Both the position numbers and the translations under genes were made by a program. From NCBI RefSeq assembly GCF_048457195.1, contig NZ_CP172336.1: a stretch of DNA of 32,000 nucleotides; one strand, given 5' to 3'. The stretch is from Escherichia coli (lineage in GTDB: Bacteria > Pseudomonadota > Gammaproteobacteria > Enterobacterales > Enterobacteriaceae). The notes under the pieces were generated by a model. The model saw nothing but the letters and a program-made list of their open reading frames with translations, did not search any database and was not told the DNA's origin. Positions 1 to 10,672 of this stretch are shown piece after piece. Numbering within the stretch: position 1 is the first letter of the stretch; each line of letters opens with the position of its first letter.

Positions 1-1100
1 TCAGGTATTTCTACAACCGGACGAGCAAGCAACTCTGCTTCTTTGGCGGCGATTTTTTCACTCAGTTCGAGAAACTCACGATCAACCCCCAGTAACACGC
101 GTAATTTTGGCATGTGTCGCTGGGCCAGTTTCATCGCTATTTTGGCAACCCAGACGGATTCACGCTCCAGCGCCAGGGTAATTTGCAGTTTCGCCAGATC
201 AACCACTTTGCGGTGCGCTCCGGCCTGCGAGCGGTGCTCCAGTATTTTTTGGATGATGCGCGCCAGTTGCCAGTTGTTTCTTTGTGGATGACGGGGAAGT
301 AACACAGTAATGATTTTCAGCCATGACCCCCATGAATGGGGAGTCAGATCTGACCAACGCGGTAATTCCTCCCAGACTTCTTCGTCCTGCCCGCATAACG
401 CCATGATGTACAGTTTTTTGAGGTGATTACTAATGCGGTCGCGGCCCCAGTAATCATTGGCTTCTGTCAGCTCATCAATCAGTATGCGTGCTTCATCATA
501 ACGCTGAAGTTCAATCAGAATATCGGCACGAGTATAAAGTAATGCATCAATATCATCTTCCCCGGCTGCTTTAACTGCGTCGATTTGTCGATCCAGATAA
601 GCCAGTGCCTCCTCTATTCTTTTGGAATCTATCAGTGCACTGGCATATTCAGTGGACAAACACTGAAAACAGCTCCAGGTCGGATCAATCCGCGCGATGG
701 TTTCTTCACATACCGCCATACGTTCATTCGCCCAGCCAGGTGCATCAATATTTTCGTAGCAGGCGGATAAATCCTGGGTAACGCAGATAGATTGTGGGCA
801 ATCTTTTGTCTCTTCCCGGTGCGCTTTTTCAAACAGCGCTACCACGTCTGGCAGCACCTTTTCACCTTCTTCATAGTTAGTCAGGCGATGACGCATTTCC
901 CAGTGACCAATAAATATTTCCAGCCACGGATTTTTTGCCACCTGGGTAAGTGCTTTTACTTCAGGTAACAGCGAATCGCACTTTTCCATTTGCAGGTGCA
1001 TAACGCCTTCCGAATAATCATCGATAAGTTGCGGAATATACTCCTGCCCGGCATCGCGTAACTCCTTAGTATATTTGTGATACCACTCCCATATATCCAT
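1..1100 (-). CDS. TPR-like helical-repeat protein, partial (C-terminus outside window), second gene of operon with HSP90-like protein
   Basis: Manual translation from ATG (rc of 1098-1100) gives an uninterrupted frame to the window edge: MDIWEWYHKYTKELRDAGQEYIPQLIDDYSEGVMHLQMEKCDSLLPEVKALTQVAKNPWLEIFIGHWEMRHRL...ALAYLDRQIDAVKAAGEDDIDALLYTRADILIELQRYDEARILIDEL...KLQITLALERESVWVAKIAMKLAQRH. ALAYLDRQ..ALLYTRADILIELQRYDEA is TPR-like. SD AAGGA lies just upstream. The ORF track misses it because it has no stop inside the window. Confidence 0.85.
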   Translation of the reverse strand, partial: MDIWEWYHKYTKELRDAGQEYIPQLIDDYSEGVMHLQMEKCDSLLPEVKALTQVAKNPWLEIFIGHWEMRHRLTNYEEGEKVLPDVVALFEKAHREETKDCPQSICVTQDLSACYENIDAPGWANERMAVCEETIARIDPTWSCFQCLSTEYASALIDSKRIEEALAYLDRQIDAVKAAGEDDIDALLYTRADILIELQRYDEARILIDELTEANDYWGRDRISNHLKKLYIMALCGQDEEVWEELPRWSDLTPHSWGSWLKIITVLLPRHPQRNNWQLARIIQKILEHRSQAGAHRKVVDLAKLQITLALERESVWVAKIAMKLAQRHMPKLRVLLGVDREFLELSEKIAAKEAELLARPVVEIP

Positions 1101-1101
1101 T

Positions 1102-2937
1102 TTATTTTCCTTGATTAATTAAGACAGGAATAACCTGAGTAAAATCTTCCAGTGCCTGGTGTAAATCCCAATGCTGTTCTTTATTACCGCTGGAGCACAA
1201 AATCACTTTCAGCGATTTTAATAAGCGTAATGCCGCTGCGGGCTGTTGCTGGTGTTGTAATGCCGTCACCAGTTGCATGATGCAAGGGTTATTAAGGTTG
1301 ATGTATAAACTTGAGGTTTTCGTTTTTTGGATTTGTGAAGTAAATTGCCGCGCCAGCATTAACGCTGCGGTGCTGATGCGTTTATCTGCGTCATCCTGTT
1401 CGAGAATTTGTTTTAATTCTGCTTCGCGGTCTGGCGTAACCACTAACGGTAAAACGGCGGGTTCGAAGCGGGAGATAATTAATTGCTCGCCATCGCAGAG
1501 ATGCTCTTCCAGATAAGCTACCTGCTCTTCGGGTAATTCCGCCAGGCTGAACAACTGCTCATTACCTGTTTGCGTACCGACTTCGACAATCCGGCAGTGA
1601 TATAACAGCGCCCAGCGACGTAAAAATGGCACGACGGCATAGCGATCGCCACGGGCAACGGGCCGTTGCAGAATGTGGAACAACATCTCTTCAAAACCGC
1701 CGTCGCGGCTTAACAGAATATGAATGCTGTTATTAACGCGTAAATCCTTCGCCAGCAACGCCCCTTTTGACGTTGGCACCTGCAAGCGATCTTTGAGCAA
1801 ATCAAACAGACGGTCATCACATAATGCCGCACCGAGCAACGCTTCGTTGTGGCGCATTAATACACGCCGCCAGATTTCTGGCTGATTTTGTGCGAGATCG
1901 GACAAACCAGAAATCAGCGCCTCTTTTAACGCCTCCTGCACCGCAACCCAGGTTTCGTCCCGCTGGAGATCTTCCCGGCTCGCCGTAGGCGTTAGTTTCG
2001 ATGACTCAATCACGCCGCCAATAAATCCGGCCCAGGGAGGTAACAACTCACGCGCTTCATCATCCAGTAACATACCGCGCAAAAACAGCGACAGGTTGCG
2101 GTTATCGCTGGTGCCGTAGGTTGCGCCATCCTGAATCCATAAAATCCCAACCGCGTCGCTCATCCCCACGGGCACCACCGGAATGGTGCAAATCGGTTCG
2201 AAGGAGGATTCAAACTGGGCGGCAAAGGCGAGATTTTTACGCTGTACCAGCGCGCGGTGCATGGTTACGCCTTCGGGGGCAACTTCACGCCACGGTGGTT
2301 GAAGTTTATTTACCGGCTCGCTGGCATCGCCGACATAGACCGGTTCGTGCAGCAATATACAGTAGCGGGAAAGAACGCGGTTCAGCAAATTGTTACTCGC
2401 CAGATGGCTGTACTCTTCTTTGAGCGTCAGAATCACCTGCGTACCCGTTTCCGAGGACTGATGCGGCGTAACGGTATATTTTTGCCCGTCGGTAGAGTGG
2501 TATTTCCAGCTCTGATCCGGCGTTTGCCAGGATGTGGTCAACACCGTGACCTCTTTCGCCAACACAAAGGCCGACAAAAAACCGAGGCCGAACATACCAA
2601 TTAAACCGGTGTTGTCATCCTGCTGGCGCAACATTCGGGTATAACCCACGCCTACTGTCGCCAGGAAGCCGTGAATTTCACTTTCTGTCAGTCCAGCGCC
2701 AGTATCGCTAATAGTGATAGTGGACTTCGCCACGTCTGCCACCACACGAATCGCGTTATCCTTTGGCGCATCGGGCTGCTCAATCCTGCGGCGAACGATC
2801 GCATCATGGCCGTTCTGCACCAGCTCGCGCACGGCAACCACGGGAGTGGAGTAAAGATGCTTACTGAGCACCTCAATTAAGCCGTTTAAATTAACTTCTG
2901 TAGAATATGAACTACCAGGTAACTGTAATGTACTCAT
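1102..2937 (-). CDS. HSP90/HtpG-like family protein (divergent paralogue, 611 aa)
   Basis: GHKL ATPase motifs in order: RELVQNGHDAI (E-x3-N-x3-DA), ITDTGAGLTESEI (DxGxG), GMFGLGFLSAF (GxxGxGxxS), followed by the HtpG-like middle-domain signature SREDLQRDE. Full-length size is similar to HtpG. Confidence 0.88.
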   Translation of the reverse strand: MSTLQLPGSSYSTEVNLNGLIEVLSKHLYSTPVVAVRELVQNGHDAIVRRRIEQPDAPKDNAIRVVADVAKSTITISDTGAGLTESEIHGFLATVGVGYTRMLRQQDDNTGLIGMFGLGFLSAFVLAKEVTVLTTSWQTPDQSWKYHSTDGQKYTVTPHQSSETGTQVILTLKEEYSHLASNNLLNRVLSRYCILLHEPVYVGDASEPVNKLQPPWREVAPEGVTMHRALVQRKNLAFAAQFESSFEPICTIPVVPVGMSDAVGILWIQDGATYGTSDNRNLSLFLRGMLLDDEARELLPPWAGFIGGVIESSKLTPTASREDLQRDETWVAVQEALKEALISGLSDLAQNQPEIWRRVLMRHNEALLGAALCDDRLFDLLKDRLQVPTSKGALLAKDLRVNNSIHILLSRDGGFEEMLFHILQRPVARGDRYAVVPFLRRWALLYHCRIVEVGTQTGNEQLFSLAELPEEQVAYLEEHLCDGEQLIISRFEPAVLPLVVTPDREAELKQILEQDDADKRISTAALMLARQFTSQIQKTKTSSLYINLNNPCIMQLVTALQHQQQPAAALRLLKSLKVILCSSGNKEQHWDLHQALEDFTQVIPVLINQGK

Positions 2938-3204
2938 TTTTCAATACTCATAATCCATCACCTACTATTGAAAATACATCGCTGTTTTTACAACCGGTGC
3001 AAGGTTTGTTATTTCATTCACTCATCGGAAACATTTATTTATTGACGCGATGATTAAAACAAAATGTCTTATATAAATAATGATTAATTCTTAAAGGATT
3101 AATGCGACTGGAGTATATCGATATAACCCGGAGTTAACGAGATAATTTCTTGTGGTGAAATTATTATTTGAATGCTGAATAATATATTGAGGATTATTTA
3201 ATAG

Positions 3205-3241
3205 AAAAATAAAACCGCAATCCAGAATCAGAATTGCGGTA
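3205..3241 (-). terminator. Rho-independent terminator-like hairpin downstream of fdhD
   Basis: Minus strand: ACCGCAAT-tctgattctgg-ATTGCGGT followed by TTTATTTTT; begins 6 nt after the fdhD stop codon. Confidence 0.75.
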
Positions 3242-3246
3242 TTTCT

Positions 3247-4083
3247 TTAATTATGAATCAATCGCTGCGGATGAGTATAAACCGTTGCCCGACCCGGTTT
3301 ACAAAAACCTACCAGTGTCAGATTACAGCGTTCAGCCACTTCTACAGCAAGTGTGGTCGCGGCAGATACCGCAAACAAAATCTCTACGCCACACATCGCT
3401 GACTTTTGCACCATTTCATAACTGGCACGGCTGGAAACCAGCACCGCACCTTGCTGCCAGCTTTCCCCTTCTTGTGACCGGCGGCCTAACAGTTTGTCCA
3501 GCGCCACATGGCGACCCACGTCTTCATGCCCGCCGACCAGTTCGCCAGATGGCAACATCCATGCAGCGGCGTGAGTACAACCAGTCAGTTGCCCCACTGG
3601 CTGGAAATCATTGAGATGACGTAATGCATCATCCAGTTTGTTGAGATCAAACGTCTGGGTGAATGGCAGCGGCTGCACCGGTTTACCGATGTCATTAAGT
3701 TGCTCCACGCCGCATACGCCACAGCCCGTACGCCCCGCCAGCGCCCGGCGACGTTCCTTCAACCCCATAAAGCGGCGGCTGGAAAGCTCAATTTGAACTT
3801 CAAGACCATTACAGGAAGGAACGACATCCATGCCAAAGATATCGCGCGGACTTTCGATTATCCCCTCGGAAAGCGAAAAACCGAGCGCAAAGTACTCAAG
3901 GTCTTTGGGCGACGCCATCATCACCACATGCGAAATGCCGTTGTAGACCAGCGCAACGGGAACCTCTTCCGCCACCTCATCTAACCGTGGGTGTTGTAAA
4001 TCATCACGCCGCCATAACTCAATTTGACGAACACCTGTGATATTTGTCACATTTTCGATTTCTTTTTGCTGTGTTTTTTTCAC
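3247..4083 (-). CDS. fdhD: Formate dehydrogenase accessory sulfurtransferase FdhD
   Basis: [28 protein letters not shown]... with GRTGCGVCG (CxxC) motif; adjacent and divergent to fdoGHI. Confidence 0.97.
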   Translation of the reverse strand: MKKTQQKEIENVTNITGVRQIELWRRDDLQHPRLDEVAEEVPVALVYNGISHVVMMASPKDLEYFALGFSLSEGIIESPRDIFGMDVVPSCNGLEVQIELSSRRFMGLKERRRALAGRTGCGVCGVEQLNDIGKPVQPLPFTQTFDLNKLDDALRHLNDFQPVGQLTGCTHAAAWMLPSGELVGGHEDVGRHVALDKLLGRRSQEGESWQQGAVLVSSRASYEMVQKSAMCGVEILFAVSAATTLAVEVAERCNLTLVGFCKPGRATVYTHPQRLIHN

Positions 4084-4276
4084 TTTCTCTTAACCAGATA
4101 AGAACACACACACCAACATTATGGTATTCTGTTACAAACCCTTCCTGGATGGAGGGAAATTGAGCCAATTCTGGACCTTTGCGGCCCCTTCCGCAAAGAA
4201 AAATAACTCCCACTCCCTGCACACGCAGCAAGCGAATGTAAATGGGACGTGACAATGTCGAAACAAGGAGCAATCC

Positions 4277-7200
4277 ATGCAGGTCAGCAGAAGGCAGTTC
4301 TTTAAGATCTGCGCTGGCGGTATGGCAGGCACCACGGCAGCGGCACTGGGTTTTGCACCCAGCGTAGCACTCGCGGAAACCCGGCAGTATAAACTGCTGC
4401 GCACCCGCGAAACCCGTAATACCTGCACCTATTGTTCCGTAGGCTGTGGGCTGTTGATGTACAGCCTCGGTGACGGAGCAAAAAACGCCAAAGCATCTAT
4501 CTTCCATATCGAAGGCGATCCGGATCACCCGGTCAACCGCGGTGCACTTTGTCCGAAAGGCGCTGGCCTGGTGGATTTCATCCACTCCGAAAGCCGCCTG
4601 AAGTTTCCGGAATACCGTGCGCCAGGTTCTGATAAATGGCAACAAATCAGTTGGGAAGAGGCGTTTGATCGCATCGCCAAACTGATGAAAGAAGACCGCG
4701 ATGCGAACTACATTGCGCAAAACGCCGAAGGCGTGACTGTTAACCGCTGGCTCTCCACCGGGATGCTGTGTGCTTCCGCGTCGAGTAACGAAACCGGCTA
4801 TTTAACGCAAAAATTCTCCCGCGCGCTGGGGATGCTCGCGGTCGACAACCAGGCGCGTGTCTGACACGGACCAACGGTAGCAAGTCTTGCTCCAACATTT
4901 GGTCGCGGTGCGATGACCAACCACTGGGTCGACATCAAGAACGCCAACCTCGTCGTGGTGATGGGCGGTAACGCCGCTGAAGCTCACCCGGTCGGGTTCC
5001 GCTGGGCGATGGAAGCCAAAATTCACAACGGCGCGAAGCTGATTGTGATCGATCCTCGCTTTACACGTACGGCGGCGGTGGCTGACTACTATGCCCCTAT
5101 TCGTTCCGGTACTGACATTGCTTTCCTGTCAGGCGTATTGCTGTACCTGCTGAACAATGAAAAATTCAACCGCGAATACACCGAAGCCTATACCAACGCC
5201 AGCCTGATCGTGCGTGAGGATTACGGCTTTGAAGATGGCCTGTTCACCGGCTACGACGCGGAAAAACGCAAGTACGATAAATCCAGCTGGACCTACGAGC
5301 TGGACGAAAACGGCTTCGCCAAACGCGATACCACGCTGCAACATCCGCGCTGCGTGTGGAACTTGCTGAAACAGCACGTTTCCCGTTATACGCCAGATGT
5401 GGTTGAAAACATCTGCGGTACGCCAAAAGACGCGTTCCTGAAAGTCTGCGAATACATCGCCGAAACCAGTGCTCACGATAAAACTGCCTCGTTCCTTTAC
5501 GCGCTCGGCTGGACGCAACACTCCATTGGTGCGCAAAACATTCGTACGATGGCGATGATCCAGCTGCTGCTCGGCAACATGGGGATGGCAGGCGGCGGCG
5601 TTAACGCCCTGCGCGGTCACTCCAATATTCAGGGGCTGACCGACCTGGGGCTACTGTCGCAGAGTCTGCCAGGTTACATGACGTTGCCAAGCGAGAAGCA
5701 GACCGATCTGCAAACTTACCTCGCTGCCAACACGCCAAAACCACTGCTGGAAGGCCAGGTCAACTACTGGGGCAACTACCCGAAATTCTTCGTCTCTATG
5801 ATGAAGGCCTTCTTTGGTGATAAAGCGACGGCGGAAAATAGCTGGGGCTTTGACTGGTTGCCGAAGTGGGATAAAGGCTACGACGTCCTGCAATACTTCG
5901 AGATGATGAAAGAGGGCAAGGTCAATGGCTATATCTGCCAGGGCTTTAACCCTGTTGCCTCATTCCCGAACAAAAACAAAGTGATCGGCTGTCTGTCGAA
6001 GCTGAAATTCCTCGTGACTATCGACCCGCTGAACACTGAAACCTCTAACTTCTGGCAGAACCACGGTGAGCTGAACGAAGTTGACTCGTCGAAGATCCAG
6101 ACCGAAGTGTTCCGTCTGCCATCGACCTGCTTTGCGGAAGAGAACGGTTCAATCGTCAACTCTGGTCGCTGGTTGCAGTGGCACTGGAAAGGTGCGGACG
6201 CCCCGGGGATTGCGCTGACTGACGGCGAGATCCTCTCCGGTATCTTCCTGCGCTTGCGCAAGATGTATGCCGAACAGGGTGGCGCGAACCCGGACCAGGT
6301 GCTGAACATGACCTGGAACTACGCCATTCCGCATGAGCCATCTTCAGAAGAAGTGGCGATGGAGAGCAACGGCAAAGCGCTGGCCGATATTACCGACCCG
6401 GCAACCGGTGCGGTTATCGTCAAGAAAGGCCAACAACTTAGCTCGTTCGCCCAACTGCGCGATGACGGTACAACCTCCTGTGGCTGCTGGATTTTCGCCG
6501 GTAGCTGGACGCCGGAAGGCAACCAGATGGCGCGTCGTGATAACGCCGATCCGTCTGGCCTCGGTAACACGCTGGGCTGGGCATGGGCATGGCCGCTTAA
6601 CCGCCGCATTCTGTATAACCGCGCCTCCGCAGATCCGCAGGGTAACCCATGGGATCCGAAGCGTCAGTTGCTGAAATGGGACGGCACTAAGTGGACCGGC
6701 TGGGATATTCCGGATTACAGCGCAGCGCCTCCGGGCAGCGGCGTAGGGCCGTTTATCATGCAGCAGGAAGGCATGGGACGTCTGTTTGCCCTCGATAAGA
6801 TGGCGGAAGGTCCGTTCCCGGAACACTACGAGCCGTTTGAAACGCCGCTGGGAACTAACCCGCTGCATCCAAACGTTATCTCGAACCCGGCTGCGCGAAT
6901 CTTTAAAGACGACGCCGAAGCATTGGGTAAAGCCGATAAGTTCCCGTATGTCGGAACCACCTATCGTCTGACCGAGCACTTCCACTACTGGACCAAACAC
7001 GCGCTGTTGAACGCGATTTTGCAACCAGAGCAGTTTGTGGAAATCGGGGAGTCGCTGGCGAATAAACTTGGCATTGCCCAGGGCGATACTGTGAAAGTCT
7101 CCTCCAACCGTGGCTATATCAAAGCCAAAGCGGTAGTGACCAAACGTATTCGCACGCTGAAAGCAAACGGCAAAGATATCGATACCATCGGTATTCCGAT

Positions 7201-7327
7201 TCACTGGGGCTATGAAGGTGTTGCGAAAAAAGGCTTTATTGCCAATACGTTGACGCCATTCGTCGGTGATGCGAACACGCAGACGCCGGAGTTTAAGTCC
7301 TTCCTTGTGAATGTGGAAAAGGTGTAA
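4277..7327 (+). CDS. fdoG: Formate dehydrogenase-O major subunit, selenocysteine-containing
   Basis: ORFs 4277-4864 and 4913-7327 lie in one frame joined across a TGA at 4862-4864 (Sec196; ...NQARV-U-HGPTVASLAPTFGRGAMTNHW...). Tat signal SRRQFFK, CxxC iron-sulfur site TCTYCSVGC, total 1016 residues. Confidence 0.97.
4862..4905 (+). promoter_or_regulatory. UGA selenocysteine codon plus presumptive bacterial SECIS immediately downstream
   Basis: TGA at codon 196 followed by cacggaccaacggtagcaagtcttgctccaac, which can form a short stem-loop; the position is conserved in FDH-N/FDH-O alpha subunits. Confidence 0.8.
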
Positions 7328-7339
7328 CGGAGACGACAT

Positions 7340-8242
7340 ATGGCTTATCAATCGCAAGATATCATTCGTCGTTCCGCGACTAACGGTCTGACCCCCGCGC
7401 CTCAGGCGCGGGACTTCCAGGAAGAAGTGGCGAAACTCATCGACGTCACCACCTGTATCGGCTGTAAAGCCTGTCAGGTGGCGTGTTCAGAGTGGAACGA
7501 CATTCGCGATACCGTCGGCAATAACATTGGGGTGTACGACAACCCCAATGATTTAAGTGCCAAATCGTGGACGGTGATGCGATTCTCGGAAGTGGAGCAG
7601 AACGACAAACTGGAATGGCTGATCCGCAAAGACGGCTGTATGCACTGTTCCGATCCAGGCTGCCTGAAAGCGTGCCCGGCGGAAGGGGCAATTATTCAGT
7701 ATGCCAACGGTATCGTCGACTTCCAGTCCGAGCAGTGCATCGGCTGCGGTTATTGCATTGCGGGCTGTCCGTTCGACATTCCGCGCCTCAACCCGGAAGA
7801 CAACCGCGTCTACAAATGTACGTTGTGCGTTGACCGCGTGGTGGTTGGGCAAGAACCGGCCTGCGTGAAGACCTGCCCAACGGGCGCGATTCACTTCGGT
7901 ACGAAAGAGTCGATGAAAACGCTGGCGAGCGAGCGCGTGGCGGAGCTGAAAACCCGTGGTTACGACAATGCGGGTTTGTACGACCCGGCAGGCGTCGGTG
8001 GTACACATGTTATGTACGTGCTGCACCATGCTGACAAGCCAAATCTGTATCATGGCTTGCCGGAGAACCCGGAAATCAGCGAAACCGTGAAATTCTGGAA
8101 AGGCATCTGGAAACCGCTCGCAGCTGTTGGCTTTGCGGCTACCTTCGCAGCCAGTATCTTCCACTACGTGGGTGTCGGTCCGAACCGTGCGGATGAGGAA
8201 GAGAATAATCTGCACGAAGAGAAAGACGAGGAGCGCAAATGA
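7340..8242 (+). CDS. fdoH: Formate dehydrogenase-O iron-sulfur (beta) subunit
   Basis: Multiple 4Fe-4S motifs ([59 protein letters not shown]) and a C-terminal transmembrane helix. Confidence 0.97.
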
Positions 8243-8874
8243 AACGACGTGACACCATCGTGCGCTACACCGCGCCGGAACGTATCAACCACTGGATCAC
8301 CGCCTTCTGCTTCATCCTGGCGGCGGTGAGCGGGCTGGGCTTTTTGTTCCCGTCCTTCAACTGGTTGATGCAAATCATGGGCACACCGCAGCTGGCGCGC
8401 ATTCTGCACCCGTTTGTCGGCGTGGTTATGTTTGCCTCGTTCATCATCATGTTTTTCCGTTACTGGCATCACAACCTAATCAATCGGGATGATATCTTTT
8501 GGGCGAAGAATATTCGTAAGATCGTCGTCAACGAGGAAGTAGGTGACACCGGGCGTTATAACTTCGGTCAGAAATGCGTTTTCTGGGCGGCGATTATTTT
8601 CCTGGTTCTGCTGCTGGTGAGCGGCGTGATTATCTGGCGTCCTTATTTTGCGCCTGCTTTCTCAATCCCGGTGATCCGATTCGCGTTAATGCTGCATTCA
8701 TTTGCCGCAGTGGCGTTAATTGTGGTTATCATGGTGCATATCTACGCCGCCCTTTGGGTAAAAGGCACGATTACCGCCATGGTGGAAGGATGGGTGACCA
8801 GCGCCTGGGCGAAGAAACATCACCCGCGCTGGTACCGTGAGGTCCGCAAGACAACGGAAAAGAAAGCTGAATGA
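8239..8874 (+). CDS. fdoI: Formate dehydrogenase-O cytochrome b556 (gamma) subunit
   Basis: 211 aa membrane protein [28 protein letters not shown]...; overlaps the fdoH stop by 4 nt. Confidence 0.96.
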
Positions 8875-9800
8875 GTATTCGCATAATCCCGCAAGATGAG
8901 CTGGGTTCGAGCGAGAAACGTACGGCGGATATGATTCCGCCGTTATTGTTCCCTCGGCTCAAGAATTTATACAACCGCCGCGCCGAGCGTCTGCGCGAGC
9001 TGGCAGAAAATAATCCGCTGGGTGATTACCTGCGCTTTGCTGCGCTTATCGCCCACGCCCAGGAAGTGGTGCTGTACGACCATCCGCTGGAGATGGATCT
9101 GACCACGCGCATTAAAGAAGCCAGCGCACAAGGCAAGCCCCCGCTGGATATTCACGTTCTGCCGCGTGATAAGCACTGGCAAAAGCTGCTGATGGCGCTG
9201 ATTGCTGAGCTGAAACCTGAAATGAGCGGCCCGGCGCTGGCAGTGATTGAGAATCTGGAGAAGGCATCGACTCAGGAGCTGGAAGATATGGCCAGCGCAC
9301 TGTTTGCCTCTGATTTCTCGTCCGTCAGCAGCGATAAAGCGCCGTTTATCTGGGCTGCGCTGTCGCTCTACTGGGCGCAGATGGCTAATCTGATCCCCGG
9401 CAAAGCCCGCGCTGAATACGGCGAACAACGTCAATATTGCCCGGTATGTGGCTCTATGCCGGTGTCCAGCATGGTGCAAATTGGCACCACTCAGGGGCTG
9501 CGTTACCTGCACTGCAACCTGTGTGAAACCGAATGGCACGTAGTGCGCGTAAAATGCAGCAACTGTGAACAGAGCGGCAAACTGCATTACTGGTCGCTGG
9601 ATGACGAACAGGCCGCGATTAAAGCCGAAAGCTGCGATGACTGCGGCACTTACCTGAAGATTCTTTATCAGGAAAAAGAACCGAAAGTTGAAGCCGTGGC
9701 AGATGACCTCGCCTCTCTGGTACTGGACGCGCGAATGGAGCAAGAAGGCTATGCCCGTAGTTCCATCAACCCGTTCCTGTTCCCGGGTGAAGGGGAGTAA
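8871..9800 (+). CDS. fdhE: Formate dehydrogenase accessory protein FdhE
   Basis: Four CxxC pairs (CPVCG, CNLC, CSNC, CDDC); overlaps fdoI by 4 nt; 309 aa. Confidence 0.96.
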   Translation: MSIRIIPQDELGSSEKRTADMIPPLLFPRLKNLYNRRAERLRELAENNPLGDYLRFAALIAHAQEVVLYDHPLEMDLTTRIKEASAQGKPPLDIHVLPRDKHWQKLLMALIAELKPEMSGPALAVIENLEKASTQELEDMASALFASDFSSVSSDKAPFIWAALSLYWAQMANLIPGKARAEYGEQRQYCPVCGSMPVSSMVQIGTTQGLRYLHCNLCETEWHVVRVKCSNCEQSGKLHYWSLDDEQAAIKAESCDDCGTYLKILYQEKEPKVEAVADDLASLVLDARMEQEGYARSSINPFLFPGEGE

Positions 9801-9836
9801 TCTCTGACGTTTTCCGGGTGGCGCAGGTCGCCCGGA

Positions 9837-10211
9837 TTACAGCTCATAGGGTGTGACGACACCTGCTATTCCCGCAAAATCTCTCGTATTTCGCGTTACC
9901 AGTTCAAAGCCATAAATCTGTGCTGTTGCCAGAATAATGGCATCTGGAAGTTTCATTCTATACTCCTGCCTTAAAGCAACGCTTCGTTCCGCGATATCCT
10001 GCGAAATCCCAATAACGTTAAACGCACTCATTGCAATCCGTGTGCGATGTTCTTGATCATATTTTTTTGCGCCAACCAGCACCTCCATCCATGTGACCAG
10101 ACTAATCGCATTCTGTAGGGGCCATGCCTCCAGAGCCTGTTTTGCCTCAATTCGTCCGCTGAACAAATCGATAAGGATATTGGTATCAAAAAGCGCAGTT
10201 CTTTTTGCCAT
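9837..10211 (-). CDS. PIN-domain VapC-like toxin
   Basis: [19 protein letters not shown]...EVLVGAKKY...LPDAIILATAQIYGFELVTRNTRDF is a classic PIN/VapC acidic-residue arrangement. Start at 10211 shares a base with the upstream stop codon (TAATG); an alternative ATG lies at 10217. Confidence 0.9.
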   Translation of the reverse strand: MAKRTALFDTNILIDLFSGRIEAKQALEAWPLQNAISLVTWMEVLVGAKKYDQEHRTRIAMSAFNVIGISQDIAERSVALRQEYRMKLPDAIILATAQIYGFELVTRNTRDFAGIAGVVTPYEL

Positions 10212-10429
10212 TACCATTCCTCACGCAGCTTACGCTGATATTCGACACCATCTTCCTCACACCCTTGCCAGATACCAAAAGCACTGGATATTGTCGTTTT
10301 CGATTGATTTTCCAGATATTGATCTACAGCTTCTCGTAATAGCTCTGCGCGAGGAAGATTGCGCTGCACTTTGAGATCATCAAGTCGCTTAATCACCTCA
10401 TCGGATAAATCGAGTAAAATTCTGCCCAT
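10211..10429 (-). CDS. yiiF: Ribbon-helix-helix (CopG/VapB-like) antitoxin, YiiF family
   Basis: [42 protein letters not shown] is an RHH fold; directly coupled to the PIN toxin. Upstream in-frame ATGs exist (up to 10507), so the start is uncertain. Confidence 0.85.
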   Translation of the reverse strand: MGRILLDLSDEVIKRLDDLKVQRNLPRAELLREAVDQYLENQSKTTISSAFGIWQGCEEDGVEYQRKLREEW

Positions 10430-10544
10430 ATCCATACCTGCCATAGCGCTCATATATACCTCCAGTATATCATTTTTGAATGCATGGTGAGCAAAATACT
10501 CTTGCAAAACCTTTAAAGAAAGCGCATTTACGCATCATTTTTTA

Positions 10545-10587
10545 TTTTTGCGAGGCGTTTTCCAGATATGATGTAACAGTTGCAGTT
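10545..10587 (-). repeat. Copy A of a diverged duplicated segment upstream of yiiF
   Basis: TTTTTGCGAGGCGTTTTCCAGATATGATGTAACAGTTGCAGTT versus copy B at 10983-11026. Confidence 0.75.
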
Positions 10588-10672
10588 ATTATAAGTTCAA
10601 GTAAAACAACCTTGTATTAATACCAGAATAAGGGCATCTGGTTTTTTATATTCAAGAATAAAAAATTTTTTG

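Noticed and set aside
2938-3060. Possible sigma-32 heat-shock promoter upstream of the HSP90-like gene
   Set aside because: No convincing CTTGAAA / CCCCATNT pair at proper spacing could be identified by eye, so heat-shock control is not claimed.
4019-4720. 233-aa plus/minus-overlapping ORFs around fdhD-fdoG start (4019..4720)
   Set aside because: Antisense or overlapping frame over fdhD/fdoG, with no recognisable domain.
4277-4913. Apparent frame-disrupting stop splitting fdoG into two genes
   Set aside because: The TGA is in frame, at the conserved Sec196 position, and followed by conserved sequence; it is a selenocysteine codon.
6344-7357. 337-aa minus-strand ORF opposite fdoG
   Set aside because: Shadow ORF antisense to a strongly supported conserved gene; composition reflects the reverse of its codon usage.
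7553-8215. 220-aa minus-strand ORF opposite fdoH
   Set aside because: Antisense shadow of a well-supported ferredoxin-like subunit gene.
8967-9743. 258-aa minus-strand ORF opposite fdhE
   Set aside because: Antisense shadow; no family resemblance.
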